From: a virus
Taxonomy: Duplodnaviria; Heunggongvirae; Uroviricota; Caudoviricetes
Reading direction: 5' to 3' (one strand)
DNA: 64,000 nt
Virus record (IMG/VR): IMGVR_UViG_3300006143_000275
Part shown: positions 58,335 to 64,000 of the stretch, one piece after another
Layout: each line of letters begins with the position of its first letter
Position numbering within the stretch: the stretch's first letter is position 1
The notes under the pieces: model-generated
Database searches by the model: none
What the model was told of the DNA's origin: nothing
What the model saw: only the letters and a program-made list of their open reading frames with translations
Program-made: the position numbers and the translations under genes

Positions 58335-58636
58335 TCTTTTATACAGCCACAATCCTGTGATATGGATTGGTGAAGTTCAACCTTATACTTCTTGGATGAC
58401 TTGATTTTTTCGATTTCATAGTCACCGAGTTGTTTAAGTACACCGCTGTCTATCAGCATCTCCATTACTGCAATAAGCTGATAATACTCAGTTAAAACTT
58501 CCAGTTCATTGGTCACTTGTGGCGTTGCTGGATTGTAGTTGCTCCGTCCAAAACGTAGCACCTTGGAAACTGCCTGTTGTACTTCGGCACACTCTTCTGT
58601 CAGTGTTACAAGCAAATTTTCGCTTTTTGTCATCAA
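58331..58636 (-). CDS. MazG-like nucleotide pyrophosphohydrolase
   Basis: LTEECAEVQQAVSKVLRFG...E motif. Confidence 0.75.
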   Translation of the reverse strand: MMTKSENLLVTLTEECAEVQQAVSKVLRFGRSNYNPATPQVTNELEVLTEYYQLIAVMEMLIDSGVLKQLGDYEIEKIKSSKKYKVELHQSISQDCGCIKD

Positions 58637-58668
58637 TTTTCACCACCAAATTATTCTTTTACCGTAAT

Positions 58669-59823
58669 TTATGCCGCCATATCAAAGTAAGCAGCAGCAA
58701 TTTCGTTATTCCCCTGCTCAAACTCTTCCATGTAACGCCATGAAGAACCCTTGGGCCATCCGCCATTCAAGTATGATGCGACATCTCGCTTATAAATGGA
58801 ATATCGCTTATCACCCATACCTTTGCACATACAGTATTCTCGAAACGTAAACTTTTTGAAGATACTTGGCTGATTACACCATCCGGCAAGGCAAGAATAC
58901 ATACCATGATAAGCTGAAGAATAGCACTTCTCATATCGCATGATATACGGGATTGCTCCGTAGCGTATAAGTATCCTGATTCTCTCAAACGTGTCTCGAA
59001 TGTCGTTTAACCAAAACCTCTCATCCCATTTCCCGTCTCTATCAAACCCGCAAAGAACATAGAATTTGAAGTGCTTTTTTGTATCTGGATACTTTTCCTT
59101 TATCCGCCTTAGTTTGCTCTCGATGATTTCTCTATCAGCGATATTATCAAACGCAAATATATAATCACCATCATAATTCCAGGCCATAAGGTCATCAATC
59201 TTTTCGTCAGTCAACAACCTCTCATCAAGCCCCTGCTTGAATTGAAACCGTTTGCCAGTCTTTTTTACTTCCGTTATAATTTCTCTCCATTGAGGACAGG
59301 CAAAAAAGTTATCGTCCAGCAGGCATAGCTTTGGCCTGCTCTCATCCATAAACTCGTAAACAGGGGAATGCTGGACACACTGCGTATGGTTCTTGTTCAC
59401 ACAAAAATCGCACTGTCTGAAGCAGCCCCTTGTCAGAAAACCAATCGAGTAGTCAAGGTAATAGACGAAATTAGTCCTGTTTGCGCCGCTCTGGATTTGG
59501 CTGTTTACCCACTCATCGTACAGATGATAGTCCGGCATGATGTGCTCTATCTCTGCCGGAAGGGGAGGGGCATTTTCGTAAAAGAACCCCGTCCCTCCAC
59601 ACGTCACGTTCTCTGCGCTAACAACAGCTTCTGGTACTATGGTGTCAGTAAACGCCTTTGAGATATAAACCTTGTCGTATTCTCCTACCGTATCATAGTT
59701 CAGAAGAAGGAAAACAGCGTCTCCGGCGTTTTTGTGATATGCGCTTATTTTCATTGACGCAAGGTTTGGAAATCTGTGTTTCTTCCTCCCGATTAAGTCT
59801 GCATCAATTATTCCGATTCTCAT
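58669..59823 (-). CDS. Radical SAM protein
   Basis: CFRQCDFC (CxxxCxxC); N-terminal FPNLASMKISAYHK. Confidence 0.85.
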   Translation of the reverse strand: MRIGIIDADLIGRKKHRFPNLASMKISAYHKNAGDAVFLLLNYDTVGEYDKVYISKAFTDTIVPEAVVSAENVTCGGTGFFYENAPPLPAEIEHIMPDYHLYDEWVNSQIQSGANRTNFVYYLDYSIGFLTRGCFRQCDFCVNKNHTQCVQHSPVYEFMDESRPKLCLLDDNFFACPQWREIITEVKKTGKRFQFKQGLDERLLTDEKIDDLMAWNYDGDYIFAFDNIADREIIESKLRRIKEKYPDTKKHFKFYVLCGFDRDGKWDERFWLNDIRDTFERIRILIRYGAIPYIMRYEKCYSSAYHGMYSCLAGWCNQPSIFKKFTFREYCMCKGMGDKRYSIYKRDVASYLNGGWPKGSSWRYMEEFEQGNNEIAAAYFDMAA

Positions 59824-59860
59824 TATTTACATCCTCTCATATGTAAATAAAATTAACCTT

Positions 59861-60541
59861 TCATGCTCGTTTATAAGCGAGATACACAGCTTCCCTGATT
59901 GCATCAACGAGTTCTTGTGAATCCTCTGGAAACTGCTTCATATCGAGCCATTTGAGCATTTCGCTGTCTACCGGAATTAGCACATCAGCCACAGTTGGAT
60001 TTGTTACAAAAGCCCATTCATAAGCGTCTTTTGCTCCAACTAACAATCCACAGCACATTTTACCGTTATACTCAGTGCCCTTTTTGTGCTGACACTCATC
60101 TATGGGCCTCCCGCAAATAGAACACAGCACCTGTTCCACGGCGCAGCCAACGCTAACCTCCCGTTTAATGCCTCTTTTAATCTTATCTATGATTGCGGCA
60201 TTTTCTGGCGTTCTCATCATGTAAGCCCAACCCTTGAGAAAGCGACGAGGGCGTCCATCACTGGTGATGGCACCACCATCATCAACCACCTCGGTTCGAT
60301 AGATGTGTGCCACCCGCCCCTTCGCCGACCACCGGTGGTCAAAGATACCGGCCTTACCCACGAACATGGGGGACAGCTCCTCTAAAGTGCTATCGCCGAA
60401 CCGCTCAAAGTCTCGGTCAATGTCGTTGTCACACAGCCGCAGGGCAAAGGTGTATACCTCATTCTCTTTTATTGTCTCACGAGATATAGCATTGATTAAA
60501 ACGATGTCGTCTAATTCTTTCACTATAAAATCAGCCCTCAC
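59861..60541 (-). CDS. Prohead-protease-like protein outside the head module
   Basis: CDNDIDRDFERF, FDHRW, REVSVGC, CSICG...DAYEW motifs. Confidence 0.6.
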   Translation of the reverse strand: MRADFIVKELDDIVLINAISRETIKENEVYTFALRLCDNDIDRDFERFGDSTLEELSPMFVGKAGIFDHRWSAKGRVAHIYRTEVVDDGGAITSDGRPRRFLKGWAYMMRTPENAAIIDKIKRGIKREVSVGCAVEQVLCSICGRPIDECQHKKGTEYNGKMCCGLLVGAKDAYEWAFVTNPTVADVLIPVDSEMLKWLDMKQFPEDSQELVDAIREAVYLAYKRA

Positions 60542-60755
60542 TCACTATCCGACGGTTCCATACAAATATTGCCTGCTCATCTACCTCTTTCCAAGGCTGG
60601 TAGGGCAACTGCCGGTACGTTACTGTTCGGCATCCACAACTTTTACACTGAACAACTGCTTGGCGCATTCCTGCACGCTGTTGGCCCGGATATCCATGTT
60701 TCATTTTTGCCTCTCCGCCGCAGAATGGGCAAGGCTTTAATTTTATATCTGCCAT
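60531..60755 (-). CDS. Lar-family restriction alleviation-like protein
   Basis: LKPCPFCGG...CKSC...WNRR. Confidence 0.7.
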   Translation of the reverse strand: MADIKLKPCPFCGGEAKMKHGYPGQQRAGMRQAVVQCKSCGCRTVTYRQLPYQPWKEVDEQAIFVWNRRIVSEG

Positions 60756-60796
60756 AAAACCATCCATCATTCCCATCATTCCCATGGCAGCCGCTT

Positions 60797-61156
60797 TTAC
60801 CAGTTGTCAAAATCGGTTATATCCTCTTGCTCCCCGCACTTCGTACAGCGAATGTATATTGCCGTACCAATTCCAGTTCCGGTCAGCCCATACTCAAAAG
60901 TAATTCCAGCTTTGCCGCAGGAACACGTTTCATAATGCCTTTGAACAAACCTGTCTCTCGCATCCATCTCCTTGTCAGACATTACATGGAGACTATGCCG
61001 ATATGCGCTGTTTACACGCTCCTTTGCTTTTTGAATCTCTTCTTCTGCGTTAAACTCCATAAGACGTTTCTGGAGATGATCTCGCTGCATACACACTTGA
61101 TCGTACTTTTCTTGAACCTGTGACAATAGGTCATTCATTTCCTCTATAATTGCCAT
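60797..61156 (-). CDS. Hypothetical protein with C-terminal Zn ribbon
   Basis: CSC and CTKC; GGGG RBS. Confidence 0.6.
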   Translation of the reverse strand: MAIIEEMNDLLSQVQEKYDQVCMQRDHLQKRLMEFNAEEEIQKAKERVNSAYRHSLHVMSDKEMDARDRFVQRHYETCSCGKAGITFEYGLTGTGIGTAIYIRCTKCGEQEDITDFDNW

Positions 61157-61178
61157 AAAATAACCCCCATTTTTATGA

Positions 61179-61445
61179 TTAAAATACTTCTCCGTTTTTG
61201 CATTCATAAACAACGTTCTCGCCGCTTATTGACCGAACAAACAACTTATACGCATTAAGAGCATCATTCGCTACAATATGATACGTCCATCCATTATGTA
61301 TAGCAGTAATACCAAATCCGATGTCTTTCTTTCTGATATTACAAAGGGCCCGATCAGATCTGTTTAGAATTGCACCCTCTTCTTTAATGACTGCTCCCTG
61401 CCGCAACGCCTGTCTCCTCCAGCGCATAGCAATTTTCTTACGCAT
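61179..61445 (-). CDS. Hypothetical protein
   Basis: ORF in - strand cluster. Confidence 0.55.
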   Translation of the reverse strand: MRKKIAMRWRRQALRQGAVIKEEGAILNRSDRALCNIRKKDIGFGITAIHNGWTYHIVANDALNAYKLFVRSISGENVVYECKNGEVF

Positions 61446-61457
61446 AACAGTTACCTT

Positions 61458-61784
61458 TCATCGTCTTTCCCCGTAGCTGCAAAAATCATCATCTTTCATA
61501 TTTCCACACATGATGTTTGGCTGCCCTGGGGCACCTTCTCTGAATCTACAATCCTTGCATTGTATAATCTGAATCGCATCTTTTGACTCCATGCGTTTAT
61601 TCCACGCTTGCGCTGCTTCATCTATACTCAATCTATCCGGTCCGCTACACTCACATTCACTGCAGGATACTCCGTACCATTTTCCATCACCACCGAGATG
61701 AATCTTTTCGAATGGAACCATATCCCATGCCTCCATTATCGCTTTCCCTCCACAGAACGGACAAGTCTTCAGCTTTATTTCCAT
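61458..61784 (-). CDS. Lar-family restriction alleviation-like protein
   Basis: LKTCPFCGG...CSEC...AQAWNKR. Confidence 0.7.
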   Translation of the reverse strand: MEIKLKTCPFCGGKAIMEAWDMVPFEKIHLGGDGKWYGVSCSECECSGPDRLSIDEAAQAWNKRMESKDAIQIIQCKDCRFREGAPGQPNIMCGNMKDDDFCSYGERR

Positions 61785-61914
61785 GATAAAACCACACTTT
61801 CATCCAGAGTATGCCATCAGTTACTGGCATTGTTCCGATGGGTTCAAATTTCAGAGCATATGTTGCACTGAAATTTCAGCCCACCGAATTGATTGGGCTG
61901 AAGGTGGATTTGAT

Positions 61915-62415
61915 TTAATCAATCGTCCACCAGTAATCAAAGATTCTGCGGTACATATTCCCTTTGGGAGGAATTTCCATGGTGCGTCTTACTTTCTTAT
62001 TTGATACACGCTTAAAGAACACCTTGTTTGCGGAACTTTTAGGATACCTGATGTAAGTGCCGGGCACATATTCTCCATCTGACCAGCGACCGCAAATACA
62101 CGGTGCATTTCGCCATCCGCCCCAATTATCTCTGTCGCGGTACTTCTTGATGGTTTTCTGGTGCATTTTGCGTCTGTAGGCACGACCAGTCATCCTTTGC
62201 CCGGCATTGTGATGTGCCGGCATAGGTGTCCATGCGTCTTCACAGTAACCGCCGTTCCAAAATTCGTTATCGACTTTATCGCAGCCACAGTGATCAAATT
62301 GGAACCCACCGTATTCCGGATACTTAGCCGCTATTGAAAGCCGCTGCTCAAGCTGCTCTACGATAGGACATTCATCACACGCAAAGCATTGCGCTCCACC
62401 AACATCAATCATCAC
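61915..62415 (-). CDS. Hypothetical Cys-rich protein
   Basis: GGAGG upstream; basic C-terminus. Confidence 0.6.
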   Translation of the reverse strand: MMIDVGGAQCFACDECPIVEQLEQRLSIAAKYPEYGGFQFDHCGCDKVDNEFWNGGYCEDAWTPMPAHHNAGQRMTGRAYRRKMHQKTIKKYRDRDNWGGWRNAPCICGRWSDGEYVPGTYIRYPKSSANKVFFKRVSNKKVRRTMEIPPKGNMYRRIFDYWWTID

Positions 62416-62441
62416 GTACCTCCGCTTCTCAAATCGTTCTG

Positions 62442-62869
62442 TTATCGGAAAATCACTACCATACTCGGGAATGGAGCCGAATTCTTTCCGTCCCCAAATT
62501 TCAGGCGGCCACGAAGAAATCTGGTCTCCACGTTTTCTTTCTGGTATATGTAGTCGTGAAAATATGCCGTATCCGTTCTGGCAGGAATAAGAAGCACAAC
62601 AGTCGTATTCGGCTGCTGTGCTTCTTCATAGCATTTCTTCACCCAGTCTTTTATTGCCCGGCCATATGGTGGATTACAGAAGACTGTCTCCCCCCCCACG
62701 GCTGGCGCAGGCCATCGTCTTCTCTGGTGAAATATCTTTCACATTTATGATTTGATGAATCTGCGCATGGGTCGAGCGTAAAAGAGAACTCTTCATTCAA
62801 CGAATCAAAGAAATTTTGCGGCGTTGACCACTGATCCGTCTTGCTGCTGAACATAAGCTCTGTATTCAT
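62442..62869 (-). pseudogene. dam: Phage Dam-type DNA N6-adenine methyltransferase, frameshifted at a G8 tract (62690-62697)
   Basis: N-half WSTPQ...LDPCA and C-half VFCNPPYG...LLIPARTDT...PFPS lie in different frames. Confidence 0.85.
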
Positions 62870-62892
62870 TTTTCACCCATCAAACTGACATT

Positions 62893-63243
62893 TTATTCAG
62901 TTGTTTCGCCTGTGCCGCCAGTATCGCCACTGCCGCCAGTGTTACCACCATCACCGGTATCTCCGTCGGTCACATCTCCTGTGTTGTCGCCGGGAGTATC
63001 TCCGCCGGTAGTTCCTCCGCCAGTTCCAGAGTTATCTTCCATATCCATGAAGCTCTCAAACGCCAGAGCGCATTCCGGACACAGTTCCTTCGTCCAGATA
63101 TGGTCGTTCATTTGCCGGTCATTCGCAGGGGCTGGGCACCTGACGCCAGGTTTTGACTCCAGAGGTCTCGCATAGGTTACGACCTTAATCTTGCGCTCGT
63201 TCTCCACGATCTTCTTACACCTATCGCACAGAGTACATCTCAT
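62893..63243 (-). CDS. Zn-finger protein with Gly/Thr/Asp-rich tail
   Basis: CDRC and LCPEC; low-complexity C-terminus. Confidence 0.65.
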   Translation of the reverse strand: MRCTLCDRCKKIVENERKIKVVTYARPLESKPGVRCPAPANDRQMNDHIWTKELCPECALAFESFMDMEDNSGTGGGTTGGDTPGDNTGDVTDGDTGDGGNTGGSGDTGGTGETTE

Positions 63244-63263
63244 TAAAAAATCACATCCTTTGC

Positions 63264-63557
63264 TTAATCCTCCACGAACATCTCGCGGAGCACACCTAAA
63301 AGCCCGATAAAATCATCGAACAGAGGGATATATTTTGCGTTGATATATTGGTCGTTCTGAGCGCTATCAAGCGTGACAAACGGCGCAAACGACAGCTCCC
63401 CCTTATCAACGCACAGAACGCCGAGGGAGAGACCACGCTTATCCAGTTGGTAATGAGTATGATTCTTCCCTATCAGCCGGATAGTGACCACACATCCGGT
63501 ATTATCCTCAAGACTGTCAGCGAAACGCTTATAGTCTTTCACTTTGAAAATCTCCAT
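63264..63557 (-). CDS. Hypothetical protein
   Basis: AGAGG RBS. Confidence 0.6.
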   Translation of the reverse strand: MEIFKVKDYKRFADSLEDNTGCVVTIRLIGKNHTHYQLDKRGLSLGVLCVDKGELSFAPFVTLDSAQNDQYINAKYIPLFDDFIGLLGVLREMFVED

Positions 63558-63888
63558 TTTGTACCTCTTTCTTTTGACGCTGCAGTTTATCAGCGCAAGT
63601 CCAAAGATTCTTAGGAAGCGGCAAAACTGTAATCAGCTTTGTGTCCCTGAACAAATACACAGCGTGGTTGTAAACCCGCATATTCGTCGGTCTGTAGTTT
63701 AAGAGAAAAATTCCATCCATGTGTCTGGAGAGTTTCCCTTTTGCCTCAGAATGGGCGATTCCGAACTGGAGAGCCTTCTCCGCCGCCTTTTCAGTAGATT
63801 TCTTATTGATACCCAGCCGCTGCCTGATACGCCGCTCCGCATGTTTCGTCACAATGATTTCATTGTCGCTATCCACAGCGGCCACCAC
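63529..63888 (-). CDS. Hypothetical protein (TKHA..R..QR motif, DUF4258-like)
   Basis: IIVTKHAERRIRQRLG pattern. Confidence 0.55.
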   Translation of the reverse strand: MVAAVDSDNEIIVTKHAERRIRQRLGINKKSTEKAAEKALQFGIAHSEAKGKLSRHMDGIFLLNYRPTNMRVYNHAVYLFRDTKLITVLPLPKNLWTCADKLQRQKKEVQNGDFQSERL

Positions 63889-64000
63889 CTATGTACGGGT
63901 TGAAGCGCCTGTCTCTAAATATGTCGAGCGGGTTGCCATCCTCGAAAAATTCGAAATGAACTGAGTTGAAAACTCCTTTGAATCCACTCAAGTAGATGTT

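Larger units (their letters stand above)
1..64000. mobile_element. Part of a large temperate SPbeta-like siphovirus genome; ends not in window
   Basis: Terminase-portal-protease-capsid-tail-TMP-lysis order, integrase/excisionase, YonO-like RNAP; no host housekeeping genes seen. Confidence 0.93.

Noticed and set aside
62893-63030. Gly/Thr/Asp low-complexity tail as a repeat element
   Set aside because: Imperfect codon-level repeats with no further structure; treated as a disordered tail

Overview
The whole window is part of one large temperate siphovirus genome, probably infecting a gut Clostridia host (inferred). Its gene order follows the Bacillus phage SPbeta late region. Left to right on the + strand: a YonO-like single-subunit RNA polymerase, YonK/YonJ-like genes and HU; a ~5 kb RNA island (5.6-10.8 kb) with 19 canonical tRNAs, a tmRNA, a tRNA-like RNA with an enlarged anticodon arm, three large structured ncRNA candidates and a repeated hairpin element; the head and tail genes, with a RuvC-ClpP-PhoH cassette inserted and a ~2,739-codon tape measure gene broken by one in-frame TAA; a complete diversity-generating retroelement (target/VR, avd, TR, RT) acting on a tail-associated receptor-binding gene; a second tyrosine recombinase; and the lysis genes. 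After an attP-like intergenic region come a Tn916-family integrase and excisionase and a - strand run of small accessory genes, including a low-GC membrane-protein moron, MazG-like and radical SAM genes, a stray prohead-protease homolog and a Dam methyltransferase frameshifted at a G8 tract. The RNA island is the strongest candidate for undescribed biology. All assignments come from reading motifs by eye; no database searches or folding computations were run.
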